A DNA stretch of 64,000 bases from Candidatus Phycocordibacter aenigmaticus (GTDB lineage: Bacteria; Patescibacteriota; Minisyncoccia; Phycocordibacterales; Phycocordibacteraceae): contig CP174359.1 in NCBI GenBank assembly GCA_045401115.1, positions 122,288 to 186,287 of the forward strand, read 5' to 3'. Below the pieces are notes generated by a model. That model was given only the letters and a program-made list of their open reading frames with translations, ran no database searches and had not been told where the DNA came from. Positions 47,261-57,226 of the stretch are shown here, in pieces. Position numbers and translations under genes: made by a program. The first letter of the stretch is position 1. Each line of letters opens with the position of its first letter.

Positions 47261-47524
47261 TTAACGAATCTCCCTAACCACCTCCTTTGCACGTGGAAGA
47301 CGTTCGAAAAGATTTTCAAAAACCAATGCACGGTTAACGTGTATAACATTACGTACTACCGAAGAAACATTAATATACGCAACTCCATTTGAAATAGTAA
47401 TTTGTTTCTTTGAACAAGAAACATCAACAGTCTCTTTTAAAGCTGCAATTAACTCCACCTTCACCGAATCATTTGGTGGGGCGAGGTTTTGAAACCGGTC
47501 TAGAAAATCACCAATTAACTTCAT
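47261..47524 (-). CDS. DciA/DUF721-like protein
   Basis: Small protein after dnaN ending VVREIR; size and synteny fit DciA. Confidence 0.55.
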   Translation of the reverse strand: MKLIGDFLDRFQNLAPPNDSVKVELIAALKETVDVSCSKKQITISNGVAYINVSSVVRNVIHVNRALVFENLFERLPRAKEVVREIR

Positions 47525-47540
47525 ATATCTATTATTATAA

Positions 47541-47662
47541 AGGTTTTTAAAAATCAATGAGATGCGCGGCGTCGAGGAGCTAGGGTGCGAGTCGTACTTT
47601 CTTGTACGATGAAGTAGCCGCGCGACGAAGACAACAAAGCAGGTCGTGGTTTTTAGAAACCT
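47541..47662. repeat. MITE/REP-like structured element related to 3143-3447
   Basis: 14/16 terminal inverted repeat (47541-47556 / 47647-47662) with central GAGTCGTAC-TTTCTT-GTACGATGA. Confidence 0.7.
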
Positions 47663-47671
47663 CTCTTTAAC

Positions 47672-48772
47672 CTACTTGTTCATTGGCATTACAAGGTAAG
47701 TAAACCCCTTATCAGGAACCTCACTAATAATAAGCGGCTTCCCAACTCCGGAGAATTTAAACACCAAACTATCAGTCACCACTGTACTTAATGCATCAAG
47801 AATATACCGTATATTAAAATTAACTTGGATAGGTTCACCTTCAAGTGCAGCATCAACAGACTCTCTACTTTCACCAACTTGTGTATTAACACCATTTACT
47901 GAAAGCAGTTTACTTGAAGGGTCTAAGTTAAACGCCACCTGCCCCGCCTGGTCGGTTACCACAGCAACCTTTTTTAAAGCCCGTTGCAGGTCTTCAGTAA
48001 GTAATGTCGCTGTGGTGGTGAAATCTTTTGGGATAATTGCAGTGTACTCAGGAAAAGCACCGTCGATCACCCGTGATGTTATAAAATTCCCATCACTCAT
48101 ATAGGTAACCTGGTTTTCACCAACACGAACCTCAACAGTATCAGTCCTCTCAATAACCCGTAAAATATCCGGTATATTACGGGCCGGAAGAAGGATCGAA
48201 TCAATATTATTCTTCACTTTTATATCAGCTTTTATTTCAGATAGACGAAAAGAGTCTGTTGCGGCGGTTATCAACATCCCATCTTGGACTGTAAGAAAAA
48301 CACTCGCTAACTCAGGACGCATACCTGAGGTTGCTGCCGCAAAAACAACACCCTTAAGGGAACGAGAAAATTCCTTCACAGGAAGTGTCAAAGATACCCC
48401 CTCTCCTTCTTTTACACAGGGTAAGGTGGGGAAATCACTCACATCAATAGTGTTTAGTTTTACCTCACCGTGACCAGTAATAATTTTTAATATCCCCTCA
48501 TCACTTTCGAGGGTTATTTTTTCATCCGAAATAGCATTAACTGCCTGACTAAATACATGCGCCGGGACAGCGACATCCCCTTCTTTAACAACCTTTGACT
48601 TTAGAGCAATTTCAACACTCACATCAAGATTGGTTGCTCTTAGTGTTGTTTTATTTTGTGTTGCCGATATAACCACACACCCCAATACTGGTAATGATAA
48701 ATTTTTATTACTCACTCGAGAAACTATTTGAGTTGCGTCTTCTAAATGTTTTTTTAATAATTCTAATTTCAT
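47672..48772 (-). CDS. dnaN: DNA polymerase III beta clamp
   Basis: ATNLD, RPEL, ATDSFRL, SRVIDGAFPEY, YLVMPM. Confidence 0.97.
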   Translation of the reverse strand: MKLELLKKHLEDATQIVSRVSNKNLSLPVLGCVVISATQNKTTLRATNLDVSVEIALKSKVVKEGDVAVPAHVFSQAVNAISDEKITLESDEGILKIITGHGEVKLNTIDVSDFPTLPCVKEGEGVSLTLPVKEFSRSLKGVVFAAATSGMRPELASVFLTVQDGMLITAATDSFRLSEIKADIKVKNNIDSILLPARNIPDILRVIERTDTVEVRVGENQVTYMSDGNFITSRVIDGAFPEYTAIIPKDFTTTATLLTEDLQRALKKVAVVTDQAGQVAFNLDPSSKLLSVNGVNTQVGESRESVDAALEGEPIQVNFNIRYILDALSTVVTDSLVFKFSGVGKPLIISEVPDKGFTYLVMPMNK

Positions 48773-48789
48773 ATACTTTTTATTTTTAT

Positions 48790-48979
48790 ACTCTGTGAGA
48801 TGTGTGGATTACAGTTTATATCTTTAAAGTTAAGGCTGTATTCACAAAGGTGTGCTGGGTAACGGTGTGTGTAAGTCTTGTGAATAACAAACCAGTAAAA
48901 CAGAAAAAGTTGTACACAAAACAATTAACATATTTTTTAGATTGGTTATACCGATAGTTATTCATATACTCTTCCACAG
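48790..48979. promoter_or_regulatory. Probable oriC (dnaA-dnaN intergenic DnaA-box cluster)
   Basis: Near-consensus boxes TGTGGATTA 48803, GTATTCACA 48838, TGTGAATAA 48879, TTGTACACA 48910, TTATTCATA 48958, TCTTCCACA 48970. Confidence 0.75.
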
Positions 48980-50327
48980 TTATTTCAACATGCTACGCAC
49001 TTCTCCAATTTCATTTTTGAAATCTTCGTTACCACTAAGGTCTGTTTTTATTTTTTCACAGGCATGAATAACAGTAGTGTGGTCGCGCCCACCAAAGACA
49101 GAACCAATTGCAGGGTATGAGAGATGAAAATCTTCTCGAAGTATGTACATAATTATTTGCCGAGGGCGAACTATTTCGCGTTTTCGTGTTTTTGCATACA
49201 TAGATGCCTCTTCAACACCATAAAACTCAGCAACTTTTCCTATAATGTTTTTCACAGAAACAGAGCGCTTTGGTTTAGTGGTTGATTTAATAACATCTTT
49301 TATGGCGGTATCATTTAACTCACTATTGAGTTGAGTTTGTATAAGGATGGTGTTGAGCATCCCTTCAATCTCTCTAATATTACCGGTAATTGCCAAAGAA
49401 AGGTGTTCAATAATTTCGTCGCTTAAATTAAGGCCAATTGAGTTTGCTTTGGTTTTAATAATAGCCATACGTGACTCATGGTCGGGTTCTTGTATTGCAA
49501 CAGTCATGCCAGAGACAAAACGTGACTGGAGGCGGTCAGTAAGATCAGGAATAAGATTAGGGTGTTCGATCTGATGAACACACAATTTGTTTGTTACAGT
49601 CATGTAGTGTGTTGAAGAGATGGAAAAACTCTTCCTGAAGCGTCCCTTTTTTCGAGAAAAACTGTATATCATCCATAATTAATACATCATAGGCACGATA
49701 CTTCTCTTTAAAAGTGGGGATGGTGCGATTATTAATCGCATTCATAAATTCAAAACCAAACCGTTCTGCGGTAAGGTAGTACACTTTTTTTTGAGCGACT
49801 GTTTTTTTAATATGATTCCCCACACTTTGTATTAAGTGTGTTTTTCCACGCCCTGTTTCTCCATAAATAAAGAGTGGGTTATATGAAATGCCTGGGTTTT
49901 TTGCTACTGCACTTGCCCCAGCGAATGCAATTTCATTAAATGGACCAACCACAAAAGTATCAAATGTATATCGCGGGTTAAGGTTATCTGATCGATTAAC
50001 ATAATAATCAGCTAACGGGAGTTCAGAACCACTCTTTTCTTCAGTAGGAACTTTTTCAGGCACTCGTTTCGGTTCTTGTTTTGAAACAACATATTCAATA
50101 CCGCGCACTGTATCTACAAACCCTCTGATGGTTTTTAAAATAAGCTTTCCGAAACGCTCGGAAAGCCATTCTTTAGTAAGTTGATTCGGTACACCAACGT
50201 ATACCACTCCCCCTTCTATACGGATAATATGTGTTTCGCCAAACCACATTTTAAAACTTGCTGGGGAAATTGAGAGTTCAATGTTGGTCAAAGTGTTTTC
50301 CCAAAGCTGTTTTGTATCAAGTTCCAT
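48980..50327 (-). CDS. dnaA: Chromosomal replication initiator DnaA, split by one extra base near 49565
   Basis: LNPRYTFDTFVVG, YNPLFIYGETGRGKTHL and DDIQF in one frame; RLQSRF, NIREIEG and GGRDHTTVIHA in the other. Confidence 0.95.
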
Positions 50328-50359
50328 AATAAAACGTAGAGTGAATGAGTTTCCCTATT

Positions 50360-50440
50360 ATACCTGTGTGGAAAAGAAAATAAACATGAGGAAAAACCAA
50401 GTATATGTTAGTAACCTGTGTACAACCTGTGCACAACCTA
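50360..50440. promoter_or_regulatory. DnaA-box-like sites upstream of dnaA
   Basis: TGTGGAAAA 50367, TGTGTACAA 50417, TGTGCACAA 50428. Confidence 0.55.
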
Positions 50441-50546
50441 ATTTCAGTAAAAAATAGTAGAATACAGCTTTGACAATTCCACCTCACATGGTAATATCGC
50501 GCATACGTACTCTCATTAGAGACAGAGACGATATAATACATATTGT

Positions 50547-50684
50547 ATGCCAAAGAGAACCTATCAACCTAAAAAAAGAAAACGTGCTAAAACTCACGGT
50601 TTTTTATCTCGCTCAAAAACTCCTTCAGGCCGTCGCGTACTTGCTCGTAGGCGTCAAAAAGGTCGCGCAAAGCTCGCTGTATAG
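50547..50684 (+). CDS. rpmH: 50S ribosomal protein L34
   Basis: Manual translation [45 protein letters not shown]; below the ORF-track length cutoff. Confidence 0.97.
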   Translation: MPKRTYQPKKRKRAKTHGFLSRSKTPSGRRVLARRRQKGRAKLAV

Positions 50685-50693
50685 TCAGACACT

Positions 50694-51014
50694 ATGTTGT
50701 CTAAAAAGGCGCGACTTTCTCGAGATGATTTCCCTAAAAAGCGCGCAACAAAGCGGTACCCTCTCTCGTGGGGTGCTGTTTTAGTTTACCCACACAATCA
50801 TTTTAAGGCAGCAGTAGTGGTTTCAAAAAAAACACTTAAAAAAGCGCACGAAAGGAATAGGCTCAAACGTCGTGTTTATGCAGCTCTCGAGTCTTTATCA
50901 ACAGAAGTACTACTGGTAAAAGTGGTAGTACTTCCCCGCTCAGAGGCGCTTACTGTACCTTTAGGTGCACTAAAAACTGACCTTGAACACGTGTTAGGCA
51001 AAGAAATGCACTAA
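50694..51014 (+). CDS. rnpA: Ribonuclease P protein component
   Basis: VVVSKK..KKAHERNRLKRR (RNR motif), rpmH-rnpA synteny. Confidence 0.93.
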   Translation: MLSKKARLSRDDFPKKRATKRYPLSWGAVLVYPHNHFKAAVVVSKKTLKKAHERNRLKRRVYAALESLSTEVLLVKVVVLPRSEALTVPLGALKTDLEHVLGKEMH

Positions 51015-51057
51015 AAACATTTTAGTTATCGTATTTCTGGGTTAGAATGCACTCAAT

Positions 51058-51798
51058 ATGATTGGACTTTTTGACACATTTATTTACGAGCCTATTTACA
51101 ATGCGCTCGCGTTCATTATTAACATTACCCCGGGTGCAGATATTGGAATCGCGATCATTGTCCTTACGTTAATTATTAAATTCATTCTTTTTCCGCTCTC
51201 GCTTAAGGCAGTCCGCACTCAAGCAGCAATGCGTGAAATTGATCCCGAGTTAAAAAAAATCAAAGAAGAGTTTAAAGAGAACAGAGAAGAGCAGGCGCGG
51301 CGGACCATGGCGCTTCTTAAGGACAAAAAAATCAACCCGTTTGCGAGTTTCCTCCTCATTCTGATACAGCTCCCTGTCATTATTGGACTCTATTTTGTCT
51401 TTTTAGGTAATGGTGGCGGCATAGGTTTTGACCCAGCTGTCCTTTACTCTTTTATTTCTGTTCCAGAGAATGTGTCCTTTAACTTTCTTGGGATTATTGA
51501 CCTTTCAGGGCGCAGTATTGCCCTTGCTGCACTTGTAGCGGCGACACAGTTTGTGAACGCACGCCTTATGATGCCGAACGCTCCAGACGCCGAAGCAGGT
51601 ACCCTTAAGGGTGACTTAGCAAAGAGTATGCATATGCAGATGCGTTGGGTGTTCCCTATTGTTATGGGAGTGGTGGCGTATGTTATTTCAGCAGCCATTG
51701 CACTATACTTTCTTATATCGAACCTCTTCCAACTTTTCCAAGAACTCTACGTAAAACATAATCAAAGCACTGATGCCAATGGAGAAAGTCAACATTAA
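51058..51798 (+). CDS. yidC: Membrane protein insertase YidC/Oxa1
   Basis: GIAIIVLTLIIKFILFPL, INPFAS...LIQLPV, LYFLISNLF. Confidence 0.95.
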   Translation: MIGLFDTFIYEPIYNALAFIINITPGADIGIAIIVLTLIIKFILFPLSLKAVRTQAAMREIDPELKKIKEEFKENREEQARRTMALLKDKKINPFASFLLILIQLPVIIGLYFVFLGNGGGIGFDPAVLYSFISVPENVSFNFLGIIDLSGRSIALAALVAATQFVNARLMMPNAPDAEAGTLKGDLAKSMHMQMRWVFPIVMGVVAYVISAAIALYFLISNLFQLFQELYVKHNQSTDANGESQH

Positions 51799-52237
51799 AG
51801 AATATATAACCACTCTTGTTCAAAAACTTGGAGCGACCGTCGCTGAAGTAGATGTTTTTGAGGATGCGCGCGGCACAGTGGTTAATCTTACTGTTACTGA
51901 TAATGCACATGCACTCATTGGTCCTCATAAAGAAACACTACGCGCCCTCAATCATATTGTTCGGCGTGTTACTGAAGGGCAGTCTGAGGATGAGGTACCT
52001 ATACGAGTGGATATCAATAACCATGAAACCAACCACCTTCGTTTTTTGGAGAACCAAGCACAACAGCTTGCCGAGAGGGTCGTAACCTTAAAACAAGAGG
52101 TTGAAATGACGCCAATGAACCCATACGACCGCATGATCGTACATGAAACCATACGTGACATAGAAGGAGTAAGCACTCAGTCTGTCGGCGAGGGGCGACT
52201 CCGTCATGTTGTTATCCAACCGGATACAGATCAATAG
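51773..52237 (+). CDS. jag: Jag/KhpB-like KH-R3H RNA-binding protein
   Basis: LIG...ETLRAL, PMNPYDRMIVH (R3H), SVGEG..RHVVI. Confidence 0.88.
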   Translation: MPMEKVNIKEYITTLVQKLGATVAEVDVFEDARGTVVNLTVTDNAHALIGPHKETLRALNHIVRRVTEGQSEDEVPIRVDINNHETNHLRFLENQAQQLAERVVTLKQEVEMTPMNPYDRMIVHETIRDIEGVSTQSVGEGRLRHVVIQPDTDQ

Positions 52238-52241
52238 TATA

Positions 52242-53225
52242 TTAAAAATTTAGTCGGAAACTCGTTTCTGCCTGTTCAAATATTTGTTGCAGGTTTTTTA
52301 ATTCAAATGAAATAGGCGCACTTCCTCCTCCGTCTCCTGAGCGGCGAAGCGTGAGCTCCCGTTCAGTGCGCCCGGTATTTTTAGTTACCTCGCCATTAAC
52401 ACGCCATTCGTATTCAGGTGTAGTAATATCTTGCACAAACAAAGGAAAAGCCTGGAAGGTCACTTCGTCTTCATTTAGATTTTTTATATTTGTAATAGCG
52501 CGGTCAAATCGAAGCCCAAGAAGCGGCATATATTCATATACGACTATCTCCGGACGAACAGGGGTCACTGTGACGGTATGAGTTGCTTGTTGAACACCGT
52601 CCGGACTCTGAACAGTCACTGATACGTCAAAATTATTCTCAAATTGCGGTGAATCGATTGAGATTGAGTGTACCCCTACCCCAGTGCGTACTGGGCGTGG
52701 AGACCCGTTTATAAACCAACTATATATAAGATTGTCTGGATTTAGGCGACTCCCATTTTGTATAAAGTAAGGGATCGCTGAAAGTATCGTCCTACTGCTC
52801 CCAGTGGGTAGTGGACGCCCTTCATAAAAAGGAGGAGTATAGGTATCTCCTTCCCATTCAATAGAAACTAATGCTGGACGAAGACGGAGCTGTTTTTCTG
52901 CCACCGGCGCACCATCTTGTGAAAGTGTAAGGTTTATTGTCGTTACTGACCCACTTTCACCCAACTGAACTTGAATAGCATCACGTCCAACTCCTTGGTC
53001 AACAATACTGCCGTTGACGCGCCATATAAAAAGAGCGCTTCCAAGTGTGGACGATATATTTTGCGCTCGCACTGTTATCACAGACCCCGGTTCTGGGTTT
53101 CTAGGAATCGTTTCCAAACTTAACCCGGTCTCTAAATTGGGAACAAAAACCGCATATACTAAAAGGGGTGCCATGAAAATGGTTACAGCAAGTGTGGCAA
53201 GGAGTAAGCGCATGGTTGATTTCAT
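52242..53225 (-). CDS. Secreted Ig-like repeat protein
   Basis: Signal/TM, repeated W.(V/I)NG beta-sandwich motifs, YTPPFYEGRPLP. Confidence 0.75.
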   Translation of the reverse strand: MKSTMRLLLATLAVTIFMAPLLVYAVFVPNLETGLSLETIPRNPEPGSVITVRAQNISSTLGSALFIWRVNGSIVDQGVGRDAIQVQLGESGSVTTINLTLSQDGAPVAEKQLRLRPALVSIEWEGDTYTPPFYEGRPLPTGSSRTILSAIPYFIQNGSRLNPDNLIYSWFINGSPRPVRTGVGVHSISIDSPQFENNFDVSVTVQSPDGVQQATHTVTVTPVRPEIVVYEYMPLLGLRFDRAITNIKNLNEDEVTFQAFPLFVQDITTPEYEWRVNGEVTKNTGRTERELTLRRSGDGGGSAPISFELKNLQQIFEQAETSFRLNF

Positions 53226-53279
53226 ACCTCTGTACCCATTATAGAGGCAAAACTGCTCCTCGGGCAGCAGGTGTGGGGA

Positions 53280-55088
53280 CTATTCTTCATTATCTTTATT
53301 TCTTCGTCCAATAGCCAAGAGTTGTGACGGGTCTGATGTGATTATTTGATCTTCAGTGTATGATGCAATGATTTTAATCGCTACATGTTTTAGGCCCGCA
53401 AAGAATATCCCCTCACCTACAGTGGACTCAAGTAGTAAGTATTTTTCTTCTTCAGTGAGGTTAAAGGTTTTTTGTACTGCATCAATAGATGACGGTGATT
53501 GTTTAAGAAGAAGCTGGATAGATGAGTTGGTAATCATTGGCATACCATAGGGTGAGCGGAGGAAGTCTTCTACGTCTTGGGTAATAGTAGCGAGCCCTAA
53601 GTAGTATTTACGTCCTCGTTTTGCCATAGAGTAAAGGAAAGAGGCGGTATCTTCTGACTTCATCATCCACCACGCCTCGTCGATCACCAGGAGACGTTTA
53701 CGCAACTCTTTACGTACTGCATTCCAGATATAGTGCATCACGATATACATAGCAACAGGTTTGAGCTCATCCTCCATGTCACGTACCGAGAACGCCACAA
53801 ACTTTTTATTAATGTCCACGTTAGTAGGGCGGTTGATGAACCCTGACCAGGTGCCTTTTGTATATTTTGAGAGGCGTTGCACTAACGACTCTGACCCTTC
53901 CATACCCGCAAGCACGAGTTCAAAATCAGAGAGTAGTGGCGGCTCCATACCAGTGAAATCTGCGTCACCAGTAATATCTTTCAATGCATAGGTTTCAGTA
54001 ATGGCGCGGTCAATAATCGCGTCTTCTTCAGGTGAAAGTCCACCAAGCATGATACGAAAGAGTCCCACCAATGTCACAATGTTTGACCGCAGTACGTCTG
54101 CCGGCGCTTCATCTTCTCGAGGAGCTGGAAGATCAAAAGGGTTAATATGATTCTCTGAAGAGAGTGAAATATCAAAGAAACGCCCACCCACTGCATTCGC
54201 GAGGTACTCGTACTCACTTTCCGGATCAATCACCAGCACCTCGGTGTCGAACATGAGGGAACGCAGGATCTCAAGTTTAGTGGCATAACTTTTACCAGAA
54301 CCTGATTTTGCGAACGTTACCGAGTTATAGTTTTCAAGTGAGAAGCGGTCAAATAAAATAAGTGATGCGTTATGACGGTTAATACCATAGAGAATGCCGC
54401 GGTCTGAAGTGAGGTCAAATGAAATGAATGGAAAAAGACTGGAAAGTGGTGAAGAATTGAGTTTTGAGTGTACTCTCAGCTCATCTTTCCCGGTAGGAAT
54501 AACACTTTTGAATCCTTGTTCTTGCTGGAAGAGCGCCGGCTTTACATACACGAGCTTAGCGTCAAGAATTGAGCGTATTTCTGACTCAGTTTTATCAAGA
54601 TCCTCCGAATTATTACCATAGATGGTTATATACACTCCCACATCAAAAATACGCTCCTGCGCCTGCTGTAGCTTGTCACGCAACGCCTCAATGTCGCGGT
54701 AGGCAGTGTCAAGCACCGGATCGCGCACCAACCCTTTCTCTTCCCTACTCATTACCTGGCTTTGAATTTCTGCTACTTTCTTTTGAAATTTACGCAGTAC
54801 TGCCGCGGTATCAATAGGGTGTACGTAAATTGATACATCGAACACCTTATCAAGGTTAATAATAGGAGAGAACCAACTCTCAGAGAGAAAACGCGGGTAT
54901 GAGATTACATAGAATGTACGCGCGAGTTTATCACCTAAGTTCATCTCACGCGGCGTTATCTTGAGCGCACTTGGCGCGATGATGTCGGCAAAATCCAGCT
55001 TTGCAGCTTCATAAATATCTTTTGGTAAAAACGGCGTAATATCGTCATCACCTTTCTTTTTCCCCGGCAAAAAATCAAAAATTCCCAT
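53280..55088 (-). CDS. VirB4/TraC-like T4SS ATPase
   Basis: Walker A AKSGSGKS, IDPESEY, INPFD, Walker B LVIDEAW, RGRKY, ITQD. Confidence 0.93.
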   Translation of the reverse strand: MGIFDFLPGKKKGDDDITPFLPKDIYEAAKLDFADIIAPSALKITPREMNLGDKLARTFYVISYPRFLSESWFSPIINLDKVFDVSIYVHPIDTAAVLRKFQKKVAEIQSQVMSREEKGLVRDPVLDTAYRDIEALRDKLQQAQERIFDVGVYITIYGNNSEDLDKTESEIRSILDAKLVYVKPALFQQEQGFKSVIPTGKDELRVHSKLNSSPLSSLFPFISFDLTSDRGILYGINRHNASLILFDRFSLENYNSVTFAKSGSGKSYATKLEILRSLMFDTEVLVIDPESEYEYLANAVGGRFFDISLSSENHINPFDLPAPREDEAPADVLRSNIVTLVGLFRIMLGGLSPEEDAIIDRAITETYALKDITGDADFTGMEPPLLSDFELVLAGMEGSESLVQRLSKYTKGTWSGFINRPTNVDINKKFVAFSVRDMEDELKPVAMYIVMHYIWNAVRKELRKRLLVIDEAWWMMKSEDTASFLYSMAKRGRKYYLGLATITQDVEDFLRSPYGMPMITNSSIQLLLKQSPSSIDAVQKTFNLTEEEKYLLLESTVGEGIFFAGLKHVAIKIIASYTEDQIITSDPSQLLAIGRRNKDNEE

Positions 55089-55094
55089 ATATGC

Positions 55095-55742
55095 TTATTG
55101 ATTGTTAAGTGAAATCGGCTTTTCCAGTTCCCCTGGGTTGAATTCCTTATATAAAAGTTCTATCACCTCCTCGGTGCCCAGTGGCGCTAGACGTACCCCT
55201 GTACGCGCCAACCCTTGTTCAACAACCGACATGCGTTGCTCAAGTTGGGTACGGTACTCTTCAAAACCTACATCTTTCTCCTCAGCAGAAAGTTTACTAT
55301 TACCAAAAAAGGTACTCGCAATATTTTTCTTTACGTCCAAAATAGGTGGATTATACGGAATTACAATAAAGAATCGCTTCTCCATGATATTTACCCGTTC
55401 AGTGATAGAGCGAATAAACTCAATATATTCACGTACTTGAATCTTCATCAACTCTTCTGTTTGTTCGCGTAGACGCTCTTCAAGGAGTGCGATATACGGC
55501 CGTATGTCGAGCCGGCGTGATTGCACAAAAAGTTGTACTGAGAAATCAAGCGAATTGAGGAAGTTTTGGAATTGAGACAGAATCGCCATTTGTTCATCTT
55601 GGCTCTTTAAAGCAAAGTTAAGGCTCGATGCCAGCATAACCCCCACCAAGGTGTCATCCTTCAGTACCATTAAGCCACCGCGCACCTCTTTAATAGGTAC
55701 AAAGTCTTGAGCGGCTTTTGTTTTTTTTGTATTCTGCGCCAC
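55095..55742 (-). CDS. VirB4 N-terminal-like (TraC-family) accessory protein of the CPR T4SS cluster
   Basis: NFALKSQDEQ...FLNSLDF.VQ...SRRLDI.PY, directly upstream of the VirB4-like gene. Confidence 0.75.
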   Translation of the reverse strand: MAQNTKKTKAAQDFVPIKEVRGGLMVLKDDTLVGVMLASSLNFALKSQDEQMAILSQFQNFLNSLDFSVQLFVQSRRLDIRPYIALLEERLREQTEELMKIQVREYIEFIRSITERVNIMEKRFFIVIPYNPPILDVKKNIASTFFGNSKLSAEEKDVGFEEYRTQLEQRMSVVEQGLARTGVRLAPLGTEEVIELLYKEFNPGELEKPISLNNQ

Positions 55743-55879
55743 AGCTTTTATTGTAACGTATAAAAACACACCGACGGTGTTTTTTACGATACGTAATCAC
55801 AGTATGTCTGTATTGGTATTAAAACACCGACAGCCTTGCATGACTATCGGTGTACTCATCAACCTCTTTTTTATAGAAT

Positions 55880-56263
55880 CTAAACCTTTCCTCCTTGGGT
55901 GGCTTGCTGTTTGGCGTTATTGTATACACCCTGTATTCCCTTGTACACTGCCCACGCTAAGAAAAGCTCAAACATGCCGGCACGTATTAATTCTCCAACA
56001 TCACCTGAGCTCACCTGTACAGTGTCATAAGAAAAAAAAGACGCATCCTCCCCTTCAATATCAGCTCCATTTTTTAAATGCTCAATCCGTCCTGGATCGT
56101 TTTCTGGGTCATAGGTGTTACGCAGTCTATGGTCATCAAAAGTGCCATCAAACGCGTCTGCAGCAACAGGTCCAATAGCCATGGGGTAAAAAATAGCTCC
56201 AATCATGGTCCCTCCCATTATTGATTGGTTGAAAGTTAGATTTTTACTTTTCTCTGCTCCCAT
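55880..56263 (-). CDS. Small orphan membrane protein inserted in the T4SS cluster
   Basis: 127 aa with two hydrophobic segments and its own TTGACA-17-TATATT promoter. Confidence 0.65.
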   Translation of the reverse strand: MGAEKSKNLTFNQSIMGGTMIGAIFYPMAIGPVAADAFDGTFDDHRLRNTYDPENDPGRIEHLKNGADIEGEDASFFSYDTVQVSSGDVGELIRAGMFELFLAWAVYKGIQGVYNNAKQQATQGGKV

Positions 56264-56359
56264 AATGAATATAATATACTACATTTTGTATATATTGTCA
56301 ATACTCTCTCGAATAGGAATTATTGACATTAACATATATTACTGTATTATCACAAAAGT

Positions 56360-56746
56360 ATGAGATTAGGACGATTACGTTTTTTTGCTCCCCTTTCTAA
56401 CTCGGTTATTGAAGGAGTTAGTAAGAGCGCTGCCCCTGGTGGAATACTTAATAAGGGTGGACAAAAACTACGAGAAGCTGCTCCTTCAATTAAGAATTCA
56501 GGAGACTTACTCGGTCTCACTGTAGGTGGTGCAGCACTGTTAGCTTTATCAAACAAAGACTCACGAGAATTCCTATTTGATTCTAGTGAAGGTGCATACG
56601 ATTTTTTTACTGGAAGCCGAGAAGGGTTTGTGGAAGCGGCTGGTACCACTGAATTATGGACCACCCCTGAGATGGGTGTGATTTATGCGTTTATTGCAAT
56701 AGCTATAGCAGATCGTCTTGGTTTCCAACCTCTAAAGAAAGTTTAA
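56360..56746 (+). CDS. Small orphan membrane protein inserted antisense in the T4SS cluster
   Basis: 128 aa with GLTVGGAALLA and its own TTGACA-16-TATTAT promoter. Confidence 0.65.
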   Translation: MRLGRLRFFAPLSNSVIEGVSKSAAPGGILNKGGQKLREAAPSIKNSGDLLGLTVGGAALLALSNKDSREFLFDSSEGAYDFFTGSREGFVEAAGTTELWTTPEMGVIYAFIAIAIADRLGFQPLKKV

Positions 56747-56750
56747 ACTA

Positions 56751-57182
56751 CTAGCGTTGCGATTCATCGGAATAAATACTTTCTTTAATATCTAGGCTCC
56801 ACGCCAAATCCTTGAGTTTATTTGATGTAGCTGCTGGGGCGTATTTCCCTGGATCGTCTTCTTTTTTTAGATCCCCCTGATTTACAATTTTTGGTTTTGT
56901 CGCACGTTCTTTATCCCAAATATATAACTGATCTTTGGTATTAAATTCTACCGCCGCTTGAAGTACCTCAATAAACGGTCGGTCGTTTACCTTATAAAAT
57001 GCGAGCGCCAGACCAAGTATTGCTATTGGCCCTCCTACAAGGATAGCGAGCCACAGTGGCAGTACTATCCACATAGCTACCAAGAAACCAACTCCTCCGG
57101 CAAGGTAGACAAACTGCGTCACCGTGAGCGGTCCGAATATCTTATCTTCTACTTCAATAAACTGTGGTACTTGAAAACGCAT
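56751..57182 (-). CDS. PrgI-family (VirB3-like) protein
   Basis: FQVPQFIEVEDKIFGPLT..QF, 2 TM, AFYKVNDRPF. Confidence 0.9.
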   Translation of the reverse strand: MRFQVPQFIEVEDKIFGPLTVTQFVYLAGGVGFLVAMWIVLPLWLAILVGGPIAILGLALAFYKVNDRPFIEVLQAAVEFNTKDQLYIWDKERATKPKIVNQGDLKKEDDPGKYAPAATSNKLKDLAWSLDIKESIYSDESQR

Positions 57183-57226
57183 ATATGTAGGCTATTTCTT
57201 TAGCATACCATTGTGGTATGCGAGTT

